Assembly (NCBI GenBank): GCA_951406725.2
Contig: OX597836.1
Span: forward strand, 37,076,001 to 37,140,000
From: Octopus vulgaris
Lineage: Eukaryota
Direction: 5' to 3'
Length of the DNA stretch: 64,000 nt
Each line of letters opens with the position of its first letter. Within the stretch, counting starts at the first letter, position 1. Below the pieces are notes generated by a model that saw nothing but the letters and a program-made list of their open reading frames with translations, searched no databases and was not told the DNA's origin. The translations under genes were made by a program, and so were the position numbers. Positions 1 to 12,940 of this stretch are shown in pieces.

Positions 1-44
1 TATATATATGTATATATATATATGTATGTATATATATATGTATG

Positions 45-83
<39 letters not shown>

Positions 84-358
84 GTATATATATATATGTA
101 CGTATATATATATATATGTATGTATATATATATGTATGTATATATATATATGTATGTATATATATATATGTATGTATGTGTATATATATATATGTATGTA
201 TGTATATATATGTATATATGTATATATATATATATGTATGTATATATATATGTATGTATGTATATATATATGTATATATATGTGTATGTATATATGTATG
301 TATGTATATATGTATGTATGTATATATGTATGTATGTATATATATGTATGTATATATG

Positions 359-389
<31 letters not shown>

Positions 390-394
390 GTATG

Positions 395-429
<35 letters not shown>

Positions 430-501
430 GTATATATGTATATATATATGTATGTATATATATATATATATATATAGGTATATATGTATATATATATATA
501 A
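1..501. repeat. (TA)n/(TATG)n compound microsatellite
   Basis: Pure tatatg/tata repeats; the overlapping YI/MY ORFs are artefacts. Confidence 0.97.
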
Positions 502-506
502 TGGTA

Positions 507-780
507 TTTATGTAACGGCATCTTCTTGCTAGTGTATAATATATCACGTGATTCATTTGCTTATTTTATACATTGTACTTTTTAATACAACGTATTGCTT
601 AGATTGAGAAGAGTTCTATAATATAAATCAGTTCCTCGTGCGGTCAAGTTACACATCACAGCTACCAAAAAATATTCTATCAGAAATACGCGAAAGGGAA
701 ATGAAATAAACAGGTTACGATGGGTCGAAGCGATCATAATGAATAATAAGCTTGTGAATTCTAATTTCTTTTTGTCATAT
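507..780 (+). repeat. Diverged direct repeat, copy 1 (copy 2 at ~3737-4028)
   Basis: Shared strings tttatgtaacggcatctt, tattgcttagattgagaagagttctataatataaa, gggtcgaagcgatc, gtgaattctaatttctttttgtcatat. Confidence 0.85.
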
Positions 781-1613
781 ATCTCACATATACAGCTGCA
801 ATCAGGGCATCAAATAAGGGATTTCAAATATGATAGACTACATTTGGAAACTATTTGTGACGCAAAAGATTTCTGAAAAATATATTCTCCCTCCTCGCCT
901 CACAAGCGCTCCTTGATTAAAGAGAAGATATGTCTACATCAGCAGCAGTAGCAACTTGGATACTCAGCAACAGGGCGACTCCATTATATAATGATGAGAA
1001 TGGATTGGAGGCGATGTTATCGGAATATATTACAACAGGGATAACGTGTAGCGGGAAACTAGCGAAAAACAAGTCGTCAAAAAGACGAGCGGAAAGAGAA
1101 TAATATATATTTTTTTAAAGAGCGGATAATGTCGCCCTCCTTAAAATGGAAATAATGATCCTCCTCACAAGATGAAGAGCAACAACAACAACAATGATAC
1201 GTAAATTGCTGAATTAAAATGGACATGTTTCGGGAAAAAAACACGTTCATAAGGGTAAGATGCCGCATATAAAATGGATGTGTTGACGATCGACAAATAT
1301 ATATGTACAGGAGTATATATATATAAACAGGAAGACAATACGCGGTCAGAAACAAGATGTTAGTAAAATTAATAGGCTGTTATCATAAACCGGTTTCATT
1401 GTATCGAAGAATATAATAGCATGCAGAAAAATAAGCTGAAAATAATGCATAATATAATCCGTTACATATATTTAATGCATTTGCTATGCATTATAATTAT
1501 TGTAATATTTTATCTGCCACGTGTTTCAGTCATTAGTAATATGGCCAGTCTTCCTGGCATGGATAGTTTCCATGTTTCAACGGTCAATATATTTGCCTGT
1601 GCATGTGCGTGTA

Positions 1614-1651
<38 letters not shown>

Positions 1652-1865
1652 AGGGTTTTTTCTTTGTGTTAATTGTCCTGTACTCTATTTTTTTTGCTGT
1701 TTTTAAAAAAAATGTCCAGTTCCTTTGGTTTGTGTCTATGTCTTCGTTTCTCATTGTGTTCGACGTCCTTTTGGTGTCCTGTACTCATATATGCGTGTAT
1801 ATGTACATGTAGAGGTAGGTACGTACATATATGTTTATATATATGCATATGTTTTATTTTATTTA

Positions 1866-1900
<35 letters not shown>

Positions 1901-1905
<5 letters not shown>

Positions 1906-2070
1906 TAAAACGGTAAGATAACAAAAGAAAGAAAGAGACCTCAATATTATGTAAATAGAGGAAATTTATCTGTAAAATAATATGTGACAATTATTCGGTA
2001 GCCAAGATAAAACTCTGAGTTTCGGATGCCGAAGTGGAAATCCACACCACCATCTCTTCGGTTATATGGC
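1901..2070 (-). mobile_element. Short HHR-bearing repeat between (TA)n tracts, same family as 49953-50155
   Basis: 1901-2020 is the reverse complement of ~50042-50155; contains the HHR motif listed next. Confidence 0.75.
2007..2065 (-). ncRNA. Minimal type-I hammerhead-like motif (CCGAAGA core)
   Basis: Minus strand: ataa-CCGAAGA-gatggtggtgtgga tt tccacttcggcatc-c-GAAA-ctcagag-TT-ttat; stem I ataa/ttat; stem III palindrome aactc-a-gagtt. Confidence 0.6.
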
Positions 2071-2837
2071 CATTATATATATATATATAATGTAAACCTT
2101 TTTATATACATATGGTGGTATACGTACACTTTGTTAAGTACATATATTCATATATATATATATATATATAATTTTTGTTCGACTCCCTTATTCTTTCATT
2201 ATTTCTTTATTTTTATGAGCCCTTTCACACTTAATTCTTTTCACTCTTTTTTCTTTCGTTCCCCCTCTTTCACTTCAATCTTCCATTTTTTCTCGTCTCT
2301 CCCTAATTCTTCTGTCTCTCTGCCTCTACCTCTCTCCTCTCTCCCACGTGACCGGTGTTCGGCCAAGTCTGACTTTTCTTTCTTGGTTCGACAACCAACC
2401 GTGCAACATTTATATTCCTCCCCATGCCTGTCATCTCTTATGTCCCTACCATAAGGCTTCACTTCCACACCCACCAGCTCAATTTAATTCGTCCTTTGTC
2501 GAAAGACATCTGTTATGTCCTGTTATTTGCATTTGTGTACCATTTCTCCGTTTCTTCCGTTCTTGTTTTCGTATACATTCACTGCTTTCTTCCAAGGAAT
2601 CTCATGCACTTAGCTTGGTTTTTACTTGGGGCTGGCCAGAGTGGAGCAATCTAGAGTATAACCAGCCAAAATTGCAAATATAATTTGGAACTCGACTGCA
2701 GAGAGAAAACTTCGAATGACCTGTCCGTGTTTTTCTTGTCCCTCCTTTGTATCACTGTCTGAATGTTTTGATCTCCCCTTTTTTATATCATTTAGCTATC
2801 TTGATATTTTACGTTCTTGTCCCATTTTTTTGTATTC

Positions 2838-2884
<47 letters not shown>

Positions 2885-3100
2885 TAACGATGAGGAGAAC
2901 AGGGATTTACACATCTAAGTTTCATAATACAAATAATCACACCTTTCTTTGCCATGACCTACGCACGTTTCCACAGATAAGCGGTACATACTGTAAAGTA
3001 TACATCTTGGTGTTATTTATCGGTGTAGCTTCAGTGTCTTATTTTACTGTTGGTCAGATATCATCTCCCTCTCTCTCCCTCTCTCTCTGTATATATATAC

Positions 3101-3135
<35 letters not shown>

Positions 3136-3159
3136 GCATTGTGCTCTGTCGGTTATGGA

Positions 3160-3420
3160 GCCTGCTTGTAAAATTAGTATGCAAGTGGCTGAGCACCCCG
3201 CAGGCACGTCTAATCTAAACGTAGTTCTCAGGGAGTTTCTGCGTGACACGGAGTGCGGCAAGGCCGGCCCTTTGAAATATAGGTACTACTCAGTTTTTGC
3301 CAGGTGAGTGGACTGGAGCAATGTGAAATAAACGGTCATTGCTCAAGGACAGAACCCGTCGCCGGAAGTTGAACTCACGACCCAACGATTGTGAGTCGAA
3401 TACCCTAACCACTAACTCAC
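3160..3420 (-). mobile_element. tRNA-derived SINE (V-domain-like core), decayed
   Basis: Reverse complement of the head and core seen at 11966 and 37180 (ggactggagcaa, gaactcacgacc, ccctaaccactaa). Confidence 0.8.
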
Positions 3421-3736
3421 ATTTATGAGTTTACTTTGAGCTTGGGGGGGGGGATGAGAGAAAGATACAAATCAAATTTTTATATCCAAAAAACGGAGGT
3501 GGAAATAGTAGAGAAGCAAATCTAAGACATTTCAATTTAAAAACGATTTAATAAAATGATTTTAAAATAATATAAAGAAAATATAGAATATTACCGGTTT
3601 TGATGATGAATCTCATCTTATTAAATATTATCAAAAATTTATAAAAATTTGAAGTAAAACAGTTTATCTTCTGGTTGGGGGACAAACACACACATACACA
3701 CATATATATATATACATGTATATATATAATTATAAT

Positions 3737-4028
3737 TTTTATGTAACGGCATCTTATTGTCAGTGTCTAATATATGACGTGGTTAATTTACTTATATTAT
3801 ACATTGTACTCTTAATTCAACTTATTGCTTAGATTGAGAAGAGTTCTATAATATAAACCAGTTCCTCGTGCAGTAGAGTTACACATTACAGCTACCAAAA
3901 TGTATTCTGGTAGAAATAAGTGAAACGGAAATTTAAAAAAAAATCAAGATACCGTTTGACAAGGTACGAAGGGTCGAAGCGATCGTAGTGAATAATAAGC
4001 CCGTGAATTCTAATTTCTTTTGTCATAT
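3737..4028 (+). repeat. Diverged direct repeat, copy 2 of 507-780
   Basis: Colinear similarity to 507-780. Confidence 0.85.
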
Positions 4029-4084
4029 GTGACCTCGTGCGTACCGTTGGCAATTTTTTTCCTATGTCTTCCTTTTTCTCCTAT

Positions 4085-4118
4085 GTTTCCGACGAAGAGC
4101 TCCGCTCGAAACGTTAAC
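4085..4118 (+). ncRNA. Minimal hammerhead-like motif (CCGACGA core) in a short repeat abutting (TA)n
   Basis: gttt-CCGACGA-a-gagc tcc gctc-GAAA-cg-TT-aac; palindromic aacgtt stem III as in Penelope-associated HHRs. Confidence 0.6.
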
Positions 4119-4214
4119 TCTCCTTCTTTCCTTCTTTCCTGAGCGTCCAATAATACTATATTTGTTCCACGTCCTCGCGCTGGATTTTTTGTGCTTTCTT
4201 GTTTGGATTAACTT

Positions 4215-4215
<1 letters not shown>

Positions 4216-4259
<44 letters not shown>

Positions 4260-4310
4260 GTATATGTATATATGTATAAGTATATATGTATATATATGTA
4301 TATGTATATG

Positions 4311-4354
<44 letters not shown>

Positions 4355-4538
4355 GTATATGTATATATGTATAAGTATATATGTATATATATGTATATGT
4401 ATATGTATGTATATGTATATATGTATATATATATATATATATATATAATGTATATGTATATATGTATATATATGTATATGTATATGTATGTATATGTATA
4501 TATGTATATATATATATATATATAAATATGTATATGTA

Positions 4539-4584
<46 letters not shown>

Positions 4585-4587
4585 TAT
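4216..4587. repeat. (TA)n/(TATG)n microsatellite with internal higher-order duplication
   Basis: tata/tatg repeats with recurring taatgtatatg blocks. Confidence 0.95.
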
Positions 4588-5195
4588 AAAACATGTGTGT
4601 GTATGTATGTATACATATCCATACATATATTTTGGTGCGTATATATTTGTGTCAGCTTGTAAATAGTTTTTCTTGAAGAACATAAGTGAAGACAAAAGAA
4701 AGGTCAAATTTTATAGTTACATTCAGGTAACATTTTACCGTGTGTGCTGAGGCCTACTAATATCTATTTTCTTTAGTATAAGTACGTGAAGTAGCAAGGT
4801 TTAAAATAGCGCGTACATTTAAACTGTGTACACTTATTGCTATACATTCTTTTATACTAGAAGTGATGAGATTTTTTTTGCTCGATGTAACACCTCTCCT
4901 ATATAGATTCTGTTATAAGACATCGAACCCAGCATCAAATAACATCAGTAGGCTATCAAACTTTAGCTTGACCACCGATGTGGGTATACACCAATTAAAT
5001 CCTACATTTCTCGTGTATAGTTAATGACTTTTAGCCCTAATTAGCAGATTAGCCGTGCTTTTCGATCTTCCTGAAGCGGACAAGTCATGGGATATGAACA
5101 ATTTAACTCTACGTGCTAGTAATGTCAGCATGAAAGTGTGTAAAACATACCACATGTTATATCTGCATACACAAAATATAGGCACGCAAATATGC

Positions 5196-5288
<93 letters not shown>

Positions 5289-6314
5289 TGCGTGTGTGTG
5301 TGCGTGTGTAAATGAATAAATACTTCTAAGTATATATATATATATACACATACATACATACACACACACACACACATATATATATATACACAGAAGCAAA
5401 CACACACATATTCCTATATATGCTTTCATACAAGACTAATTATTTGACGTGAAATTCTGTTTATGTATATATGTATATATGTTGGTATGCAAACATTTAT
5501 ATACGTGCGTATATATGCATGCATGAACGTACGCTGTATGTATGCATGCATGTATATATGTATGTAGGCGGATAACAGGTAGAGTCAGTATGGTCTCGTT
5601 AGAATTATTTCTAGTATTTCGCCCGACTTTCGACACACTGTGTTCCAATCACTTTGAAGCCAACTGATTCTATTTCTGTTACCGAATTTTCCCCCTCTTT
5701 TCTGTTACTGATTTATTCACATATTTTAATTTTATTATTATTACTAATTGCTTGAGGGTCGATAAACAACTTACCTATCAATGGTGATGGATTGGATAAA
5801 TTGTTACAATATCTAACGTGGTCACTTGCAGTATCGGTTCTGCATCTGGGCGTTCTGGGTTCAAATCCTGCTGCTTGACAACGAAATATAAAATAAATCC
5901 AGTGACACTTCTCTCAGGTAGTTATCAGTAATGGTAAAACAATCCAACGGAAGCTTAGCATTTTTGGTTCGATCACGAAAATGGTTATCACTATCCCTAA
6001 CTTCTTTGTGGATATGCAGGTAGTTTGGTCGAAAGGTCTATCCATTCCACACAATAATACAGCTTTCGAAATGATATGAGAATATTTCTGGTCTTGTAGA
6101 TAGAGTCACATCGTTTTGATTTACGATAGTAAATAATTCAATCCATTTTACTAATGAGAAAATCTATCAGAAGCTAACTGGTACGATTTTCCCTTCGTAA
6201 TGCTTGCAGCACAGTTTTGAAGTAGTAACGAACTAATAAGCGCATATAAGATATTATATAACAGGGAGATAATATACACTTCGAGAATATTCTCAGGGAT
6301 GCTCTTAAATATTC

Positions 6315-6563
6315 TGTTTCCTTCTGCAGCCATGCCAGTCTCATAAGGGCCGGTTTCCTGGTTACGGTGGCGTAGAAGTTCCCCACCTAGACGGGACGCC
6401 GATCCGTCGCAGGATTACTCATTTTTGCCAGCTGAGTGGACTGGAGCAACATGAAATGAAGTGTTTTGCTCCAGAACACAACGCAACACTCGGTCCAGGA
6501 ATCGAAACCACACTCTTACGATCATGAGTCCAACACCCTAACCACTAAGCCATACGCCTCCAG
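6315..6563 (-). mobile_element. tRNA-derived SINE, V-like core with alternative tail
   Basis: tRNA head (ggaatcgaaacc...ccactaagccatacgcctcc); TSD cttaaatattc at 6304-6314 and 6564-6574. Confidence 0.85.
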
Positions 6564-6777
6564 CTTAAATATTCCGAGGTTTCTAATAAAATTTATTCCA
6601 AAGACGACGCCAATTCACTGACAGCATAAATAATTCCAAATATAATTATTTCAAATATAATTATTTCAAATATTGAATTTGAAAAATGACACCAAAATGT
6701 GAAATATAAATCAATAGAAGTAAATTAATAACATTGTGACAAATGCGTTCTTATAATATAATAGAAAGTGCTTGTCA

Positions 6778-7552
6778 CCTGAGGCGGCGAGCTGTCAGAA
6801 AGGTTAGCACGCCGGGCGAAATGCGTAGCCGTATTTCTTCTGCCGTTACGTTCTGGGTTCAGATTCCCCCGAGGTCGACTTTGCCTTTCATCCTTTCGGG
6901 GTCGATAAATTAAGTACTAGTTACGCACTGGGGTCGATATAATCGACTTAATCAGTTTGTCTGTCCTTGTTTGTCCTCTCTGTGTTTATCCCCTTGTGGG
7001 TAGTAAAGAAATAGGTATTTCTTCTGCCGTTACGTTCTGAGTTCAAATTCCGCCGAGGTCGACTTTGCCTTTCATCTTTCGGGGTCGATAAATTAAGTAC
7101 CAGCTACGCACTGGGGTTGATATAATTGACATAATCCGTGTTTCTGCCCTTGTTTGTCCTCTCTGTGTTTAGCCCCTTGTGGGTAGTAAAGAAATAGGTA
7201 TTTCTTCTGCCGTTACGTTCTGAGTTCAAATTCCGCCGAGGTCGACTTTGCCTTTCATCTTTCGGGGTCGATTAAATAAGTACCATTTACGCACTGGGGT
7301 CGATATAATTGACATAATCCGTGTTTGTCTTCTCTGTGTTTAGCCCCTTGTGGGTAGTAAAGAAATAGGTATTACGTATGTCGTTACATTCTCTGTTTAA
7401 ATTCCGCTGAGGTAGACTTTGCCTTTCATCCTTTCGGGGTCGATAGATTAAGTATTAATTATGCACTGGGGTCGTTATAATCCACTTAATCCCTTTGTCT
7501 GTCCCTGTTTGTCCCCTCTCTGTTTAGCACCTTGTGGGCAATAATGAAAAAA
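6778..7552 (+). mobile_element. Meta-domain-like SINE with four tandem ~170-185 bp body units
   Basis: One head (aggcggcgagctg) then four copies of gaggtcgactttgcctttcatc..tcggggtcgat; TSD agaaagtgcttgtca at 6763-6777 and 7553-7567. Confidence 0.9.
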
Positions 7553-7889
7553 AGAAAGTGCTTGTCAATTAGAGTATTAAATTTATTCGACTGCCCCAGG
7601 GTTATGTATGTATATATATATATATATATGTAAGTATGTATGTGTGTATGTATGTATGTGTGTGTTTGTATATATATATATATACATGTGTGTGTGTGTA
7701 TATGTATATATGCATATGTAAATATATATATGTATGTAGGTAGGTATTGTGCATGTATATACATGTATGTTGGAGCAAACAGGAAAACTAGAACGAGTAA
7801 TATGAGTATATGCATATTTTAATTAATGTTTAGCAGAATATTAGACTGACTCAAGATCTGAGAGTTTTGTGTGTTGGCACAGTCCTTGA

Positions 7890-9090
7890 GTATGCTGGAA
7901 AAATAATAATTTGTGACAACTGATGCAGACTTTGTGGAGTTAAGTCCTAAGATACTAATCATATCATAAGCAGTTGTCCGAAAAGGTCATAACGTTATTA
8001 TCTACTGATGAAACGTGATTTTGTAGGTAGGACACAGTGTGAAAGAAATTCGTCGGAAGGATAACTCCGAGGACAAAGATATAAGAACCCACAGTATTGT
8101 AGAAAGCATAGCCTCTCATAATAAAAATGAGTACTGGTGAAATATCCCAATGAAACCTCAATAACATCTAAATACAATAATGCTTTGAGATTAGAGATTA
8201 TAAATTGTGTACAGTTGTAAAAATCAGCTGCCTAGGGGATGTTAATATAGAGCTGAAGATCAGTGAAAACTATTGAGGAATCTGTAGTTAATCTATGTAG
8301 ATTACAAGTTCAAGTTTATAGCTGTAATTATTGGGACACTGGGATATATAATACAGTAGTACATTGCCTGAATACCAGTCTTGAAAAATTTGGCTTCTCA
8401 AAACCAGAAAGGAATCAGCTGATTCGGAGACTACAGATCCAATCTATCACTGAAACTGTAAAAGGAGAGTATTGTAGTTCGCTTGTAGTTCGCATTGTGT
8501 ATTGTTTGTAAAGAACAAAAAGTTTTGAATGGTACAACAATGCACTATAATATAGACAATGGGCTATGTATACCTGTTGTAAATTAGCCATCCATAGTCT
8601 GATATGATATTTCGGAATAATATTCCTTCTGCAGATGGAGTCGCTGCTATAATCGGTTGACTAAATTACAACAGGTATATATCCCATTGTCTGTATTATA
8701 GTGCATTGTTGTACCATTCAAAACCTTTTATTCTTTAGAAACTGTAAAAGTTTGTAAAACTTTCCAGAAGTTTATCGTTGAAGCATATGAGAATGTCTAT
8801 ATATGCAAGTACATACGTGAAAAAACATAGATAAAACAAAACATACAAATCTGCACGTATACATACATACATACATACATACATACATACATACATACAT
8901 ACATACATACATACATACATACATACATACATACATGCATGCATGCATGCATACATACATACATACATACTTTGCTGTTGTTGTTGAAATTCCAATGATG
9001 GAAATTTGGATCTAGGTTTGAAACCGACTCTTTCTCTATTGGCGAGACATTTTCAAATAAAACTGAATAATGTCATACGTACATACATGC
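7890..9090 (+). mobile_element. Decayed 3' end of a restriction-like-endonuclease (RLE) non-LTR retrotransposon, interrupted at 8465-8737
   Basis: CCHC knuckle CRLCGVKS*DTNHIISSCP; RLE remnants LCTVVKISC..DVNI and VIIGTLGY; C-terminus HCLNTSLEKFGFSKPERNQLIRRLQIQSITETVK|VCKTFQKFI; many stops; putative 3'UTR with (TACA)n. Confidence 0.8.
8465..8737. mobile_element. Fold-back element with decayed HHR in the loop, 13-bp TSD
   Basis: Arms ~8510-8588 and ~8657-8737 are reverse complements; TSD gaaactgtaaaag at 8452-8464 and 8738-8750; minus-strand loop tccat-CTGCAGA-a-ggaat att attcc-GAAA...atgga. Confidence 0.8.
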
Positions 9091-9343
9091 ATACAAACAC
9101 AAGAGAAAGAAAATGCCATTTCCAAGACATTATTATTAATCACTACCATCGTTTCGATCCATTGTGCAACAGTGCCTTGCAGTTGAAATGCTGTATAAAC
9201 AGTTGTGGTGAATTGTTGGAAGAGATGATCTTCGCCAGGTGACTTGTCTAAATGTACCTCGATTTTTAATCTCTGTTTCGCTTATTTCGATTAGAAACTC
9301 CAACACACGAGAAATTTAACTTAAAATGAAGAAGACTTCTCAT

Positions 9344-9730
9344 GGGAAGCACTTCGTCGGTTACGACGACGAGGGTTCCAGTTGATCCGAATCAACGGAA
9401 AAAGCCTGCTCGTGAAATTAACGTGTAAGTGGGTGAGCACTCCACAGACACGTGTACCCTTAACGTAGTTCTCGGGGATATTCAGCGTGACACAGAGAGT
9501 GACAAGGCCGGCCCTTTGAAATACAAGGTACAACAGAAGCAGGAAGTAAGAGTGAGAGAAAGTTGTGGTGAAAGAGTACAGCAGGGATCACCACCATCCC
9601 CTGCCGGAGCCTCGTGGAGCTTTAGGTGTTTTCGCTCAATAAACACTCACAACGTCCGAACTGGGAATCGAAACCGCGATCCTACGACCGCGAGTCCGCT
9701 GCCCTAACCACTGGGCCATTGCGCCTCCAC
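9344..9730 (-). mobile_element. tRNA-derived SINE (head ggaggcgcaatggcccagtggttagggc), full length
   Basis: A/B-box-like head; TSD agaagacttctcat at 9330-9343 and 9731-9744. Confidence 0.92.
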
Positions 9731-11236
9731 AGAAGACTTCTCATATACACACACAATCACATTCAATACACAATGTGCACAAAATAAATATTACTGAGAT
9801 TATTACGGTATTGCTGATATGGTAACGAAATAAAATAATTAAGCTTCCCTCTTGATACCTCGTTTTTTTAAATATCAGAATGTGTATGTGTATGTATATG
9901 CTTATAAGTGTGTGTGAATACGGCCATGCGTCCGTATGTAGGGGTGTAATCACGTTTGTGTTATGCGTGTGAGTGCTTCAAATCATGCGGTATGTGTAAC
10001 TGTGTGTGTGTGTGTGTGTGTGTATGTGCGAGTATTTAAAATCGTGCGGTAGGTGTATGTGTGCGTTTCTGTGTAGGATCTCGAGTGACTGCGAACGTGT
10101 GTTTTTTAAACAGGTGCGGATGTATTTCAGTTTGTACTCATGAATGCACGTTCGATCACAAGTGTGCGTAGATAATGTGTGTGTGTATGTCTGAGACCAA
10201 ATGGTATGTGTGTGACCATGTTTGTGTGTGAACAAGTGTGTGATCATATGACCAAGCCTGTGTGTGATGGCTTTTGTCTCGTATATGTGGATGAGCGTAT
10301 GTGTATGTATGAGCATGTATGTGTGTGTATGTGTGAGTGTGAGAGTTTGTGTGCATGTTTTTGTGTGTGTGTGGTTGTATTCTCATCTGCAATTTAAAGT
10401 ATGAAGTATCATCCAAATGTTTAAAGTTTAAAAGAAATCCGCCTTCAGGTTTCTGTATAAATCAGATGTTCATAAAATAATATAATTAATTATCAAAGTT
10501 GAGTGGTTTATATTTTGTGCAATGTGAAGAGAGTTTTCTATTTGTATTCGTTTCGTTTCATTTTAATTTCATTCTGCTTTTTTAGAATTTTATCAACATA
10601 TTTTGGTCCGTTGCTTAAGTAACAACGTCAGCCCACCCACCAACTAATTGGAATTTTCGCCGTTTCATCACGACAGAGAGCTGTAGCTGCTAATTCCAGT
10701 GTAATCAAAGACTGGATAAATATCTTTATTTTGGAAAACATGAATCCCCAAACGGAAAATACAATTTCTAATTCGCAATCGTTTAATATAAAGTGACGTT
10801 AGACATCGAATACGTATATGCATTAGTCAATTAGAAATAAAAAGATGGGGGTTGTATATTTATTAAACATGTCAGTGGTTTTAGGTTTCCTAAGAGTCAA
10901 ACACTAGTTCAATGAACATGTGATGATAGGGGAGTTTTCTTGAACTCGGTAGAGAAAAAATATCACAAAGGGCTTCTTTCGACAAACTGTGATTTTTTGG
11001 TTTATTTGCTGTTGTTCACAACTTACACTGTTATACAAAGGCAAAAACAGAACACACACACATTCACACGAACACACGCACATGCGGAAAGAAACACACG
11101 CATGCGGACACAAACACATACATATATGTGTGTTGAGTACTTGTGTGTGAGTGTGAGTTGTGTGTGTACATGTGTGTTTACGTGTGTGTGTGTGTGTGCG
11201 CGTGCGTGTGTTGTGGCGTGTGGTATGGAATATAAA

Positions 11237-11386
11237 TTCCGCCGAGGTCAACTTTACCTTTGATCCTTTCGAGGTCGATAAATTAAGTACCAGTTACGCA
11301 CTGGGGTCGATGTAATCGACTTAATACCTATGTCTGTCCTTGTTTGTCCCCTCTGTGTTTAGCCCCTTGTGGGTAATAAAGAAATA
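11237..11386 (+). mobile_element. 5'-truncated Meta-like SINE
   Basis: ccgaggtcaactttacctttgatcctttcgaggtcgataaattaagtacc; TSD ggtatggaatataaa at 11222-11236 and 11387-11401. Confidence 0.88.
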
Positions 11387-11965
11387 GGTATGGAATATAA
11401 AAAATAAAAAATAAATGATGAAAAATAAAAATTAGTAATAATAATAAAAATAAAATATCTGAATAAATCAGTAACAGAAGAGAGAGGGAAAATTCGGTAA
11501 CAGAAATAGAATCAGTAACAGAGAATAAATAAAGATTATTAAATTTATGTTTTTAATTATAAAAAAACATTTTGTAAAATGTTTGTTTTATTAAAAACGG
11601 GCGTGGGATAAGTCACTGAGACGAGAGGGTTGCGTCGAGTCCGAAAGGAGTGTGAGTACGTAGAATGACAATGTTTTTCCAGGCGGAGTCTAAAGTTGGT
11701 GACTCCATGGTGTAAGGGCATTGCCAACTTTCCCAAGGACGTCAAAAATTCATTTTCGGAACTGGATCTCCAAGCATATAAATTTTGGGTTGGAAAGAAA
11801 CTTTTGGATAGACGAAATCGGAGATATGGCATAACAAGTGTTGCACTAATGGATCAGAGCATGTCCACAGAATATATGAGTCCGAGTCCGGTGTAACATC
11901 CGAATTTGTCTGTGCGAAAGGTTCCTTTTTTTTCAATAAAATGCTATTATTTATAGCTTTACATA

Positions 11966-12290
11966 GTGAAGGCGCGTGGCTTAGAGGTAAAGGCATTCGG
12001 CTCACGATCGCAAGGTCGTGGGTTCGATTCCCGGCGAAGCGTTGTGTCCTTGAGCAAGACGCTTTATTTCACATTGCTCCAGTCTACTCAGCTGGCAAAA
12101 ACGAGTTGTACCTGTATTTCAAAGGGCCGGCCTTGTCACACTCTGTGTCATGCTGAATCTCCCTGAGAGCTATGTTAGGGGTACACGTGTCTGTGGATTG
12201 CTCAATCACTTGCACGTTAATTTCACGAGCAGGCTGTTCCGTACATCGTATCAGCTGCGACCCTTGTCGTCGAAACCGAAGGAGTACTCC
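11966..12290 (+). mobile_element. tRNA-derived SINE with V-domain-like core
   Basis: ggcgcgtggcttagaggt...gggttcgattccc head; gtgtccttgagcaagac...gctccagtctactcagctg core. Confidence 0.88.
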
Positions 12291-12624
12291 ACATGTTCAT
12301 TAAGATCTAGTTTTGCTGAAGCAACGAGGGGGAAGTAACTGAAAGTGCCCAGTGACATGGCATCAAAGGTGAGCAAAACAATCTTGTATCTCAAGGAAGA
12401 GAAATCCTTGACTTATCGAAATATGTGTCGTTTCGAGATAAACGAAACCAAATGCCTAGCAGCAATCGTGATCGACTCCAACTTGCCATCGACTCCGAAT
12501 TCCGATCGAGTCCGAATGAGAAACGGATTTAATCTCAAGAAACGAGAATTTCTCAAAGTTCAAGAAATGGCATGCATATCTAAAGAATATGCCTAGCTGT
12601 TTGTTTGTGTAGTAGTAATACTGA

Positions 12625-12940
12625 TACTCTGTCGGTTGCGACGATTACGGTTCTCGTTGATCCGCTAAACGGAACAGGCTGCTCGTGAAACTAACCTGCA
12701 TGTGGTCGAGTGCTCCACTGATATGCGTGCCCGTAACGTAGCTCTCAGGGAGAATCAGTGTAATTAAAAATTTGACAAGGCCGGCCCTTTCAAATACAGG
12801 TCCATTTCCTTTTCGCCAGCTGAATAGACTGGATCAGCGTGAAATAAAATGTTTTGATCAAGGATACACTACGCCGCTGGTGATCGATCTCACAACCTTA
12901 TGATCGTGAGCCGATTACCCTAACCACAAAGCCACGCGCA
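12625..12940 (-). mobile_element. Older copy of the V-like SINE
   Basis: Diverged reverse complement of 11966-12290. Confidence 0.78.

Noticed and set aside
6830-7545. CRISPR-like periodic array
   Set aside because: Whole ~180-bp units repeat with no unique spacers; it is a SINE multimer in eukaryotic DNA
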